Below are positions 36,138 through 45,795 of a DNA stretch of 64,000 bases, in pieces. The stretch's first letter is position 1. Each line of letters opens with the position of its first letter. Both the position numbers and the translations under genes were made by a program. The stretch lies in IMG/VR virus record IMGVR_UViG_3300037264_008423, positions 124,001-188,000 of that record. The stretch is one strand, 5' to 3'. Below the pieces are notes generated by a model. It had not been told where the DNA came from. It was given only the letters and a program-made list of their open reading frames with translations, and did not search any database.

Positions 36138-38461
36138 ACACTGAAAACACACTGCGGTATATCCGCACGGATTACCAGGCGCACAAAGACGCGCTTTTGC
36201 AGCGGGTGCGCGCCCGTTACCCCAGGGTTTGGAACGATTTTTTAAACAACTCCTTCGGCATTTTGCTGGTGGACCTGATTGCCTGGGCCACGGCGACCCT
36301 GGCTTTTCTGATCAACCGGGTTGCGGGAGAGCAGTTTGTCAATACCATGACCCTGCGGGAGTCGGCGGTCAATATCGGCAGTTTTACCGCTTATCAACTG
36401 CGTGGACCGACCGCCGCGACGGTGTTCTGCGAGGCGCGGATCAGCGCGGCGCAACCCGTGGCCACAGTCACCATCAGCCAGGGAACCGTTATTCGCAGCT
36501 CCGAAAACTCCCTGTCTTACGAAGTGGTCAGGGACTACTACATTCTGCCAGGCGATACGACACCGGTAACGCCCATCGTCAACATTTCGCCGTTTTTATC
36601 CGGCGCGCAAGTATTGTCCACCTACGCGCTGGTCACGCCCGGCTCCAGCAATGTGGATCTGCTGGATACGACCATTAACTTGCGGGACTACCTTCAGGCT
36701 GGCCAGGTCTTCAGGGTGGAGGGGGAATCGGAAGGCTATGTCATCCAGGATATTCAAGCCTCGCCGGGCGCGGTCAGCAATAATCGAATTGTATTGACTA
36801 CTCCCTACAGCGGCGCGGTCCAGGCCAGTCTGGCCGCCCTGGCCTACGATCAGCGCATCGAGTGCGTGCAGGGCTTAACCGTTCGGGATGGCTTTGCTTC
36901 TCCGCCCGATCAGGCGCTCTCCTACGTGTTAAAGTTGAGCGCGACGCCGGTGATCGAAGGTTCGGTTTCCGTGGCGGTAAATGGCGCGCCTTGGGCGCGT
37001 GTTACCAGCTTTGCCCGTTCGACCGGTGACGCGCAGGTCTATATGTTCAAAGTGACGGCCTCCGGTCAGCCTTTGGTGATTTTTGGCGATGGCACGCTGG
37101 GCGCGGTTATTCCCACGGAAGCGACTATCCCGGTGACCTACCGGGTGGGCGGCGGGTCCGAGGGCAATCTGTCCCTGAATGCCATCGACACTTCAGTAAC
37201 CGGGCTGCTGGCCTCCGCCAACAATCCGATTACCGTCGCGATTACGAACCAGACTTCCGAGGGAATCGGGGGCCGGGACGCTGAAACGCTCGAAGAGGCG
37301 CGCATTGGCATTCCTGCCGCCACGCGCGCCAATGACCGGGCCGTAACGCTGGACGATTACCAGACTATCGCCATGACCTACCCCAGCGTGGCGTTTGCCC
37401 GGTCGGCGGTGCGCCCGGAAAACGCGCTTTTAGAAGGCAATGTGGTTTTTGTTTACGCCTGGGCCAGGGGGCCTTTAGGCACGCTGGTGAACCTGTCTCC
37501 CGCGCTGAAGCTAGGTCTGGAAGACTACATGCAGACCAAAGCTATCGGCACTGATTTGGTGCGGATTGGCGATGGCACCGCCCGGCCCATGCCGGTGAGT
37601 CTGCGCTTTCGGGTCCTGCATGGCTTCAGCGTCACGGATACGACGCTGTTGGTGCAGGATACGCTCAATCAGCACGTGGACGTTTTGCGACCCGGACAGC
37701 CCGTGCTTTACTCCAACCTGGTGCGCGCCCTGGATGAGGTTTATGGCGTGGATACCGTCACAATGGCCGCGCCCACGAGCGACCTTTTTCCCTCTAATTC
37801 CCTGGAGCTTTTTACCCGGCCTGACGCCAACTACGCTTACGCCCTGGATAAAAATGGCGTGGGCACCCCCACTTTCAGCGCGGTGGACGGGGTAGTGGTT
37901 AGCCAATATCTCGCCCAGTTGCCTGTTTATCCGCTGCAAGCCTGGTCCCTGCGCCTGTTCCTGGGCGTGCGCGAGTTGACGATCCAGCCGGGGATTCTGC
38001 CCGGCTCGGCCCAGCTTTTCGGAGACAATCTGAGCGCGGACCTGGCTTTTCCCTCCACCGTGAATCTGTTGACTGGATCGGTTACCCTGTTTATCAAGGG
38101 CGCGCCGGGTGACCTAGCCCTGAAGCTCGTTCCGGTAAAAGGCTACGCCACGGAGAAGAATATTAACATCTACGTGGGCTATTCCGGCAATACCTCGCAA
38201 ACGAAGCGCCGCGAAATTCGTTCCGCGATCCGGTCCTATGGCGAGGGTCTCGCGGTGGGCGCGCCCCTTTACGCTTCCCAGGTATCCGGCATTGTCGGTT
38301 CCAAGTCCAACTTGACCGAGGTTATCCGCGCGATTAGCGGGGTCACGGCGGTGAATCGGGTCGCGTTGGACGTGCCGGGCAATACCGAGGCCGTGCTCAA
38401 TACGGTGGAGACCGAGTTGCTGCGAATCAAGGACGTGATTCTCAATAACGACGTGGATTAG
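36134..38461 (+). CDS. Baseplate wedge protein (T4 gp6 / baseplate-J-like)
   Basis: Y..TDY...K..L, WNDF, IFGDG..G..P, YRVGGGSEGN, GGRDAETLEEAR, RAVTLDDY. Confidence 0.9.
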   Translation: MNTENTLRYIRTDYQAHKDALLQRVRARYPRVWNDFLNNSFGILLVDLIAWATATLAFLINRVAGEQFVNTMTLRESAVNIGSFTAYQLRGPTAATVFCEARISAAQPVATVTISQGTVIRSSENSLSYEVVRDYYILPGDTTPVTPIVNISPFLSGAQVLSTYALVTPGSSNVDLLDTTINLRDYLQAGQVFRVEGESEGYVIQDIQASPGAVSNNRIVLTTPYSGAVQASLAALAYDQRIECVQGLTVRDGFASPPDQALSYVLKLSATPVIEGSVSVAVNGAPWARVTSFARSTGDAQVYMFKVTASGQPLVIFGDGTLGAVIPTEATIPVTYRVGGGSEGNLSLNAIDTSVTGLLASANNPITVAITNQTSEGIGGRDAETLEEARIGIPAATRANDRAVTLDDYQTIAMTYPSVAFARSAVRPENALLEGNVVFVYAWARGPLGTLVNLSPALKLGLEDYMQTKAIGTDLVRIGDGTARPMPVSLRFRVLHGFSVTDTTLLVQDTLNQHVDVLRPGQPVLYSNLVRALDEVYGVDTVTMAAPTSDLFPSNSLELFTRPDANYAYALDKNGVGTPTFSAVDGVVVSQYLAQLPVYPLQAWSLRLFLGVRELTIQPGILPGSAQLFGDNLSADLAFPSTVNLLTGSVTLFIKGAPGDLALKLVPVKGYATEKNINIYVGYSGNTSQTKRREIRSAIRSYGEGLAVGAPLYASQVSGIVGSKSNLTEVIRAISGVTAVNRVALDVPGNTEAVLNTVETELLRIKDVILNNDVD

Positions 38462-38482
38462 GTTTTCGGTTCTTGGGTGCGT

Positions 38483-39229
38483 ATGGCAAAAACCAAAGCA
38501 CCCGATGTCAGCACCCTGTGCGAAGCGGCCTATCAAAAAGGACTGGCGCTCGGCCAGGCGCAATGCGCCCAGCTTCAGATAGAAAAGATGTCCCTGGTTC
38601 AGCAAGTCAACGGGCTGAACGTGCGCTGCCTGGACCTGCTGCTCGATGTGGACAAACTGCGGTCCAAAGTGGGGCTGCCGTTTCGACGGCGACTGCCGGA
38701 CACGCGCCGGTCCGTTACGCACAAGTTCACCGTGGGCGGCCACGAGGGCTACATGTCGGTCGGCATGTTTGACGATGGCGCTCCGGGCGAGCTTTTCATC
38801 ACGATGGCCAAGGAAGGCTCGACGATTGGCGGCCTCATGGACACGATTGGCACGCTTACCAGCCTGTGCTTGCAGTATGGGGTGGGCATTGAAGTGCTGT
38901 CGGACAAGTTCAGCTACCAGAGATTTGAGCCTTCCGGCTGGACCGGCAACGCGGAAATTCGCAATGCTACGTCCATCATCGATTATGTTTTCCGCTGGCT
39001 CCAGTTTCAGTTTGTCGCGGTCCGTGCCGTCGCGCCTCCCGAAACCGTAAAGGCGCTTGTTGTCGCCACGCCGAAACCGCAGCGGGAGATGGCTTTGGCC
39101 TTGTCCGCAGCGGCGATCAACGAAGTGCAGAACGATAATCCGCCTTGCCCCAAGTGCGGCCACATTACCGAGCGCGCGGGAAAATGCCATCGGTGCCCCA
39201 ACTGCGGCGAACAAACCGGCTGCTCTTAA
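38483..39229 (+). CDS. Stand-alone class II ribonucleotide reductase C-terminal (TSCPD-like) domain with Zn ribbon
   Basis: RRRLPDTRRSVTHKF.VGGHEGY, PGELFI.MAKEGST, RFEPSG, SIIDY.FRWL, CPKCG...C.NCG..TGCS. Confidence 0.85.
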   Translation: MAKTKAPDVSTLCEAAYQKGLALGQAQCAQLQIEKMSLVQQVNGLNVRCLDLLLDVDKLRSKVGLPFRRRLPDTRRSVTHKFTVGGHEGYMSVGMFDDGAPGELFITMAKEGSTIGGLMDTIGTLTSLCLQYGVGIEVLSDKFSYQRFEPSGWTGNAEIRNATSIIDYVFRWLQFQFVAVRAVAPPETVKALVVATPKPQREMALALSAAAINEVQNDNPPCPKCGHITERAGKCHRCPNCGEQTGCS

Positions 39230-39232
39230 GCT

Positions 39233-40225
39233 ATGGAAGCGAGAATTGTTTTTACCACCATCTATCCGCCCACGGCCAGCCTGATGAGCTGGCAAGCGAC
39301 CGGCTTGAAAATGTTCGGGATCGGGGACCGCAAAACACCAGCGGACTGGTCCCTGCCGGGCTGCTGTTTTACGTCGGCTCACGAGCAGGACCTTATGAGC
39401 CACGCTTTTGCGAGCAAGCTGCCCTGGAACCATTACGCGCGAAAAAACCTCGGTTACGTGATGGCGCTCAAGGACGGCGCGGACGCCATTGTGGATGTGG
39501 ACGATGATACCGCGCCCAAACCAAGCTGGTCCCTGCCTGATTTCAGTTTTTACGGGCGCGTGGTTGGCACAGACACCGGTTGGCTTAATGCTTATCGTAT
39601 TTTCATGGATCAATTTGTTTATGTTTGGCCCAGGGGCTTTCCCCTGAGTCAGGTCAGTCGTTCCAGGGATGAGCCGACTGTGTGTTCCATCCAGCGTGTT
39701 AAAGTGGGAGTCTGGCAGGGCTTGGTGGACGTAAACCCGGATGTGGACGCGATTCACCGGCTGATTTTTCCCTTTGATTTTAATTTTGCGGAACGCGCGC
39801 CCATCGCGTTGAACGCAGGCAGCGTTTGTCCTTTCAATTCACAAAATACGGTGATCTGCCGCGCGCTGTTTCCTCTGCTGTATCTGCCGACCACCGTGAG
39901 CTTTCGCTACACGGACATTCTGCGCGGCCTGGTTGCCCAGCCCATTATGTGGAAATATGACTACCGGTTGGCATTCGCGCCGCCCAACGCCATCCAGTGC
40001 CGCAATCCGCATGACTTGATGGCGGATTTCCGGTCGGAAGTGCCCATGTATCTTTCAGCGGAGAGTGTCCCGGCGCTGGTGGGGGAAGCCATTAAAAACG
40101 GTAAAAATATGCTGGACTGCCTGACGCTAGCTTACTACGAACTGGCGCGTAGAAGTATCGTGGAACTCTCGGAGTTGACGCCGCTCTGCGAGTGGTGTGA
40201 AATCATGAAACCTCATTACCTATGA
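39233..40225 (+). CDS. STELLO-like (DUF288) glycosyltransferase
   Basis: GDRKTP.DW, YARKNLGY, DVDDD, WPRGFPL, PDVDAIHRL, PFNSQNT, SFRYTDILRG. Confidence 0.85.
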   Translation: MEARIVFTTIYPPTASLMSWQATGLKMFGIGDRKTPADWSLPGCCFTSAHEQDLMSHAFASKLPWNHYARKNLGYVMALKDGADAIVDVDDDTAPKPSWSLPDFSFYGRVVGTDTGWLNAYRIFMDQFVYVWPRGFPLSQVSRSRDEPTVCSIQRVKVGVWQGLVDVNPDVDAIHRLIFPFDFNFAERAPIALNAGSVCPFNSQNTVICRALFPLLYLPTTVSFRYTDILRGLVAQPIMWKYDYRLAFAPPNAIQCRNPHDLMADFRSEVPMYLSAESVPALVGEAIKNGKNMLDCLTLAYYELARRSIVELSELTPLCEWCEIMKPHYL

Positions 40226-41013
40226 AATACAAATATCTGGCGGTTATCCTGGCGATTAAAAATGACTTCTGTCTGGAGGAAACCATCCGCGAGCTGCGGA
40301 ACCAGGACGTGGCCGATGTGCTTATTATTTCACCGCGCTACTATTGGTCGGATCACGCGCCTCAGTCGGAGGCGGACCTGGAGGAAATCATGGCCATCGC
40401 GCGGCGCGGCGACGCGTCTGTTGTCCAGGCGGACCTGCTCGCCAGCCATAAAACCAACCAGGCGATTTACACCGAGGCCCTTTACCGGAATTATGGCGGT
40501 AAGCTGGCCGCCAAGCGCGGCGCTCAGTATGTCTTGACGGTGGACGCGGACGAGCTGTGGCTGCCCGGCACCCTGGAGGAGATTGACGCGCTGGCCACGG
40601 CGGAGCCGGTGACCGTCTGCCTCCCCGCCATTCCCGTGCTGGGTGTGCCGGGGCTGCCGGTCTTGGGGGCGAAGGACACGATTCTAGTGGCCAGCGCGGT
40701 GGACATCCGGTTTGAGTGGGGACGCGCGACCACGGGACCGCGCGTAATGGGAACGACCCCGGTCCTGCACTTTAGCGCCACGCGGCGCTCCCTCCAGGAA
40801 GTGATTGACAAAAGCCGCAAGTCCGCGCATTACCCCGATCCCACTTATGATTTTGAGGGTTGGATCAGGGATACTCTTCCCCAGGTTCGGGTGGGCATGA
40901 AAAACGTCCACATGTATAAGTCCCCGGACAACATCTGGCCGGAAGTGCGCGCCTGGACCCAAACGGAGCTGGAGCTAATTCCCACCAGCCTGCATCCGTA
41001 TCTTAAGCGGTAA
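40222..41013 (+). CDS. GT-A fold (GT2-like) glycosyltransferase
   Basis: RN.G...YVLTVDADELW DxD motif; LHFS. Confidence 0.7.
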   Translation: MKYKYLAVILAIKNDFCLEETIRELRNQDVADVLIISPRYYWSDHAPQSEADLEEIMAIARRGDASVVQADLLASHKTNQAIYTEALYRNYGGKLAAKRGAQYVLTVDADELWLPGTLEEIDALATAEPVTVCLPAIPVLGVPGLPVLGAKDTILVASAVDIRFEWGRATTGPRVMGTTPVLHFSATRRSLQEVIDKSRKSAHYPDPTYDFEGWIRDTLPQVRVGMKNVHMYKSPDNIWPEVRAWTQTELELIPTSLHPYLKR

Positions 41014-41638
41014 GCACGCTATTCGAGCAAATTTCCAGAAACCCGTCCAGGGTGACAAAAGGACCGGGATGCTCCTTTTGCATCACGGCGCAGACCTCCC
41101 AGCCATCAATCGCGTTGCCCACGGCAGGCGCTTCAAAGACGGCCAAGACCCGGTATTTGCAGGCTTCGGCCAGCCGGTAGTAGTGATGGCAGGTAAAGTA
41201 GTGGTAGCCGTGCCGGGGCCAACTGCCCGTTTTGGGATTATTGAAAAAGAGCAAGCCGTCTGCGCGGCACCAACGATGGCAGTTGGCGCGGCACTGGCAG
41301 TTGGCGCGGCACTGGTAAAGGCGGGGCAAGCCCGGACCCACGTGCTCGCTGGTGCCGAAGTCCGTCACTACGTCAAAGGCATCGTTCCATTCGGATCGGT
41401 TGATAGGTTCCGCCAGGTCAAGGGCAACGGAATCCCGCTCCCCGTTCAGGTCCACGGACGTGTGGTAAGCGCCGTGGGCTTCAAACCACGCTTTGGCGGA
41501 ATAGCCTTCCGGCACGGTGCCGTGGCAATACATCTGCTGCGAACCCAGCTCCATGATCTTCAGGCCGATCCAGTTGCGATTCAACGCTCTTCGGATTTGT
41601 TTTTGAAGGCTATCCAGGCTGAACGGAACCACTCCCAT
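41003..41638 (-). CDS. Class I SAM-dependent methyltransferase-like protein
   Basis: IMELGSQ, SVDLNG, FDVVTDFGTSEHV. Confidence 0.75.
   Translation of the reverse strand: MGVVPFSLDSLQKQIRRALNRNWIGLKIMELGSQQMYCHGTVPEGYSAKAWFEAHGAYHTSVDLNGERDSVALDLAEPINRSEWNDAFDVVTDFGTSEHVGPGLPRLYQCRANCQCRANCHRWCRADGLLFFNNPKTGSWPRHGYHYFTCHHYYRLAEACKYRVLAVFEAPAVGNAIDGWEVCAVMQKEHPGPFVTLDGFLEICSNSVLTA
41277..41315. repeat. Exact 18-bp in-frame tandem duplication
   Basis: TGGCAGTTGGCGCGGCAC x2, giving QCRANC-QCRANC. Confidence 0.9.
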
Positions 41639-41643
41639 AGATT

Positions 41644-42186
41644 TTATTTCCTTTCCAGCACGGTTAAACCGTGGCAGCGACTAAATCGCTCTTTAATTTT
41701 CCATTCTTCAGCCTGGGCAGTAAACTCCTCAATAGCCTGCCACAGTCCTGGTTTAAGGCCACACTGGTCCACGTCGCCAAAAGTGGTGGTATCATGCAGT
41801 AGAATGTAAGTTTTTACCTGTTTGGCGTGCCGGTCTAGCTCAACTTTTAAGTGATCGTAGGTATGGTATGAGTCGATAAAGAGCAAATTCGTAGGTTCAA
41901 TACTAACTTCGGCGGTATTACCGAGCAAGAACTGAAAATCAATCCCCGCCGCCGTCGCGCACGCTTCTACCTCGTCCACTTCAAGTCGCCGGATTACGTC
42001 ATATGAGCGCATGCGCCGGGGATAACCGGCAAGCAGCGCCCAGGTGGAAGTGCAGTCATAGACGCCAAATTCGGTTATGAGCGCGCACTGGCGCGCGTAG
42101 TCGCGGATGACGCGCATGTGGCCCACCATGTCGGTGGGGGCTAGCACTTGTTCTTCAAATTTGCGCTCAAGGGTTGGACAGGTCAT
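41644..42186 (-). CDS. Class I SAM methyltransferase (Methyltransf_24-like)
   Basis: EFGV...ST, LLFIDSYHTYDHL..EL, ILLHDT; start MTCPT. Confidence 0.85.
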   Translation of the reverse strand: MTCPTLERKFEEQVLAPTDMVGHMRVIRDYARQCALITEFGVYDCTSTWALLAGYPRRMRSYDVIRRLEVDEVEACATAAGIDFQFLLGNTAEVSIEPTNLLFIDSYHTYDHLKVELDRHAKQVKTYILLHDTTTFGDVDQCGLKPGLWQAIEEFTAQAEEWKIKERFSRCHGLTVLERK

Positions 42187-42923
42187 GGCGCGCCATGTCC
42201 CTTCTGCCATTCGCGCAGCGATTCCGCGTCTTTTACCGGGTGCCAGATTCCAGGCTTATCCGGTGTAACCGGGTTTGCGTATTGGTAATGAATGCCGGGT
42301 CCTTTCGGGCCGTTGAAGCTCTCCGGTTCAAATCCCGCTACCGCCGCCAGCGATCCGAATCGCAGCTCTGGAGAGCCGGGTGCCTGGCACCAGGGGTTTG
42401 ACTTGAAAGCTTCGGCGATGCCGCTGAGGCATCGCCGGGAAAAGAGGCAGACAATGGGCATCATGCCGCGCAGGCAGTGCGCCAGGCCGTGGTCTCGAAA
42501 TTCCTGATGGCCCGGCGTGTTCTTAAACCAGTAGTCAAAGGTGTTTCCCGCTGGCATGGTCGCTTGGGGTTGACGGGCGTCCATGACACAGGCGGCTACC
42601 GCGTCCCGGTCGTAGCTGGCCCCGTAAAATAATTTGGGGTGCAAGGTAAACCATGTATCATACTCCACGACCATGTAGCGATCAAAATCGATTCGGGCTT
42701 CGGAAAACCACCACTCATAAACTAGGTGGTCCATATGACCCCAGCGCCAACGCGCGTAACCGCTGTAGGTTTCCGGTGTTTGTCCAGGGGGCGGAGGCCG
42801 CTCGCCAAAAGAAAGCGGAATAGCGGTTAGTCCGAGGTCTGCAATGGCGGCCAGGTGTTTGGTGACCAGGGGGTTGTCTAAGGGTTGGTGGTGCAGGAAA
42901 AGCACGCCACATTCTTTATTCAT
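42183..42923 (-). CDS. Putative glycosyltransferase-like protein
   Basis: FDRYMVVEYD DxD-like motif; C-terminal WHPVK; cluster context. Confidence 0.5.
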   Translation of the reverse strand: MNKECGVLFLHHQPLDNPLVTKHLAAIADLGLTAIPLSFGERPPPPGQTPETYSGYARWRWGHMDHLVYEWWFSEARIDFDRYMVVEYDTWFTLHPKLFYGASYDRDAVAACVMDARQPQATMPAGNTFDYWFKNTPGHQEFRDHGLAHCLRGMMPIVCLFSRRCLSGIAEAFKSNPWCQAPGSPELRFGSLAAVAGFEPESFNGPKGPGIHYQYANPVTPDKPGIWHPVKDAESLREWQKGHGAP

Positions 42924-42931
42924 AGGTTTGA

Positions 42932-43504
42932 TTATTTAATGACTACTAATACGTCGTCAAATCGATTTTTGGCGTAGCGGAGATCAACAATGCGCACCGT
43001 GCGCTGCGGATCGAGTGCCTTGAACAGTTCTCGGTCGCGGTCGATGTTTTCAATATCCTCGATGATGTAAATGCCTCCCGGTGCCAGCCGGTGCCGGAAA
43101 TTTTGGTAAATGGCCAGTTGGTCGGCGACCGCGTGGCTGGCATCCTCGATGATGACGTTGAAGAGCAAGCCGCTGAGGTGCTGTTCGACTTGGGCGGGAT
43201 CAACCGCGTTAAAGAGCAGGATACGATGCGTGCCCTCGTCGATCACGGGCCGTAGATTAACCAAGCCCAACGGGTGGTCATTTAAGTCAACGCCATAGAC
43301 GCTGCCATCACTGAAATACTCCTCCAGCGCCCTGAGCGAGGAACCGGTTAATATCCCGATCTCCAGCACACGAGCGCCGGGTAGGCGGTAAGGTGCCAGG
43401 AGTATCTCGTAGGCGTCCACGAAGCTATGGACGGTTGCTTTATCGGAGCCGGAATGACAATCCGGGCCGCCATAACGGCGGAAAATTTCCGCGAGTGTTT
43501 TCAT
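42932..43504 (-). CDS. Class I SAM-dependent (sugar O-)methyltransferase
   Basis: SDK..VH, VLEIGI..GSSL, IIEDASH, GGIYIIEDI. Confidence 0.85.
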   Translation of the reverse strand: MKTLAEIFRRYGGPDCHSGSDKATVHSFVDAYEILLAPYRLPGARVLEIGILTGSSLRALEEYFSDGSVYGVDLNDHPLGLVNLRPVIDEGTHRILLFNAVDPAQVEQHLSGLLFNVIIEDASHAVADQLAIYQNFRHRLAPGGIYIIEDIENIDRDRELFKALDPQRTVRIVDLRYAKNRFDDVLVVIK

Positions 43505-44415
43505 GCGTCTTCCAAGAGCTGCCGCAATTGGCCTGAGTCAGGTCGGCGCAGGTCCAGCAGCGTGCCTTTAATCTCGACCCTGGTAAGATCAAAACTGTAG
43601 CCCAGGTTCTCCGGGTGCGCCAGATTGATGATGGTTCCGCTGGATAACCAGCTCGCCACGCCACCCGAACTGGACCTGTTCTTGACGTAATATTTGCACT
43701 TGGAAAATAGCCAAACCATGAGCGCCGGTTGCAGTCCGCGCTCGAATCCGCTGACGGGTGTGAAGCGTTCCGGGTTTTGCAGGCAGCCAGCGGGTGAGGA
43801 GAGAAATTCCTGGATCATGAAGGCGGAGGGATAGCGCCTCAACAGGGGCAGGAGCACGCCGGTCTCCTCGGCGGTTGCCATAATTCTCAAATTTGGTTCC
43901 CGTGCCAGGATCGCGTCCAGGTAGGGGTAATAGGTTTCGATGGGCAGACGTGGGCGGCCATCGGTCACGCAATCGGTTCCGCGCCAGGTCAAGCCAATTA
44001 GCTGGCTAAAATTCAGGTTGTATTTTTGAACCAGGGCCTCGCCGCGCAAGTTTACCGAATCGCTGAAGATCAAGTTTTTTCGGTAGTAGGCTTTAATCTC
44101 TGTCAAAGGCAACCCCATCAGGCTATGCTGCCCGGCCTCCGGGCAGTTTTCCCACAGCCAGGTAAGATCGCACGGCGGCGGCGGGGCTTTCCGAAATACA
44201 GGTTGAACAAAATACCAGTCATACATGTTGGGACACCCCTTGAACATGGCGGGGTCCTGGTAGGGCTGCAACGAGCGGTTGGGCGCTTGCGGCCAATGAA
44301 GGTAGCCTTGATGGCCCATTTTTTCGGCGGCGTAAAGCTGCCATAGACCACAATAGACCCACGTGGTCAGCGTAGCGCCGGTGTCGGATTTTTCCAAGTA
44401 AACGGTTTTCGTCAT
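43501..44415 (-). CDS. NodZ/fucosyltransferase-like GT-B protein
   Basis: N.YDWYF.QP, IGLTWRGTD, ATAEE, LFSKC...SS; start MTKTVYL. Confidence 0.65.
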   Translation of the reverse strand: MTKTVYLEKSDTGATLTTWVYCGLWQLYAAEKMGHQGYLHWPQAPNRSLQPYQDPAMFKGCPNMYDWYFVQPVFRKAPPPPCDLTWLWENCPEAGQHSLMGLPLTEIKAYYRKNLIFSDSVNLRGEALVQKYNLNFSQLIGLTWRGTDCVTDGRPRLPIETYYPYLDAILAREPNLRIMATAEETGVLLPLLRRYPSAFMIQEFLSSPAGCLQNPERFTPVSGFERGLQPALMVWLFSKCKYYVKNRSSSGGVASWLSSGTIINLAHPENLGYSFDLTRVEIKGTLLDLRRPDSGQLRQLLEDA

Positions 44416-44416
44416 A

Positions 44417-45070
44417 TTAAGGGTCAAAATGTTTGGACAGGTAGGGCCAGAATCCGTGGAATCCGAAGGTCTGAGCAACAAAAAGCCAGGGATTTCCGCC
44501 GTAGGCGTAGCGCATGGCTTGATCCGGGGTTCCGAAGCACAGTCCACTTTGGACCAGTTGCTCGCGCAAATGACAGCTAATCACGCCGTCCTCGTGGCTC
44601 CAATTGTTTCCGGGTGTTCCGTCATAGGAGTGCTGGCCGTCTTTGGGCGGCAATAGCTCCGCCACGCGGTCGAGCAGCGCCTTGGACCGCAGGGAAAAGC
44701 CTCCGCTGCCCACGGAGCTGGACATTAGAGTCTGGTGCTGGATAAATAGGGGACCCAGGTAGTCGCAGAGCAGCCATTTCGGGTCCCATTGGCTGGTGTC
44801 GATGATCCATCCGTCATGCTGCACCACCTGCACGTGGCTGGTATGGATGTGACCGGCGAGGTCTTTGAGCATAAATGCCGAGTAGCCGTTTAGTCCGTCA
44901 AAATGCTGAATGGCCACTTTGTGCGCGTAAGCGGTAGGCAGTGACGTGAAGAGCTTTATGTCTGCAAAGTCGCAGAGCGATTTGCACTTTTCGATTACTC
45001 TTATGGCGCGCTCTACGTTGAAACAGTCCGCGCAGACGAGGGTGACAGAGGCTAGATTAAGTTTGTTCAC
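44417..45070 (-). CDS. DUF5672-like putative glycosyltransferase
   Basis: VQHDGWII..W...DYLG, VGSGGFSLRSK, HED, FGFHG. Confidence 0.8.
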   Translation of the reverse strand: MNKLNLASVTLVCADCFNVERAIRVIEKCKSLCDFADIKLFTSLPTAYAHKVAIQHFDGLNGYSAFMLKDLAGHIHTSHVQVVQHDGWIIDTSQWDPKWLLCDYLGPLFIQHQTLMSSSVGSGGFSLRSKALLDRVAELLPPKDGQHSYDGTPGNNWSHEDGVISCHLREQLVQSGLCFGTPDQAMRYAYGGNPWLFVAQTFGFHGFWPYLSKHFDP

Positions 45071-45795
45071 GAGTTCATGCCTTGGGCAAGCAGAATTACA
45101 CTATCAGAGATGCCGGTCATGTCGTTGGTTTCGCCATATTTATACATACCATTGTTAAAATAGTGGAGATAAACAGGTTCAGAAGTGAGTGTCATGCCGA
45201 GTTTATAGGCCAGGATGCTGGCCACAGACTGGTCATGGCGATGACCCAGGCACCGTTCGTCCTGAGATTCGGCGCGAGTCTGGTTGTCCCACCCGCCGCG
45301 CACGCAATCGGTGTTTAGCACGTAGTGGTTAAACTGCTTCAGGAACTCACGCGCCTGGGGGTGGGATAGACACAGGCCGAAGCAGATGGCCATCAACATG
45401 GGCATCTGTTGCGCCGCGTCCCGGCTGACACCCAAAATATCGAGCGCGCGGTCGTTGGTCCACTGGGCGCAGTTCCAACCCGCAGGGAGAAAGAGGTAGC
45501 CCTTTTCTTCGATCCGGTCAAAGAGGGGTTCCAATGGCTTGATCGCGAAAACGGAAGCGTCAGCCCAAAGCAGGGTGACCATGCGCAAGCTGGCGGCCCG
45601 GTTGAGCGCCGCCACTTTAAACGCGTAGGGTCGGTCCGCGTGGGTGGGGCAGTCCAGTTGGTATTCATCCTGGAAACAAAGAGTGTGCCCGGACCACCGG
45701 TGATCCTCCAGACTGCGGCGCAGCCGGGCCTGTCCACGGGGATACCAGAGGTTAGGCCAGTTGCCGGGCTTGGCAAAATTTAAAACGCATCTCAT
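45067..45795 (-). CDS. Putative glycosyltransferase (GT-A-like)
   Basis: YAFK, LLWADAS, HRHDQSVASIL. Confidence 0.7.
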   Translation of the reverse strand: MRCVLNFAKPGNWPNLWYPRGQARLRRSLEDHRWSGHTLCFQDEYQLDCPTHADRPYAFKVAALNRAASLRMVTLLWADASVFAIKPLEPLFDRIEEKGYLFLPAGWNCAQWTNDRALDILGVSRDAAQQMPMLMAICFGLCLSHPQAREFLKQFNHYVLNTDCVRGGWDNQTRAESQDERCLGHRHDQSVASILAYKLGMTLTSEPVYLHYFNNGMYKYGETNDMTGISDSVILLAQGMNS

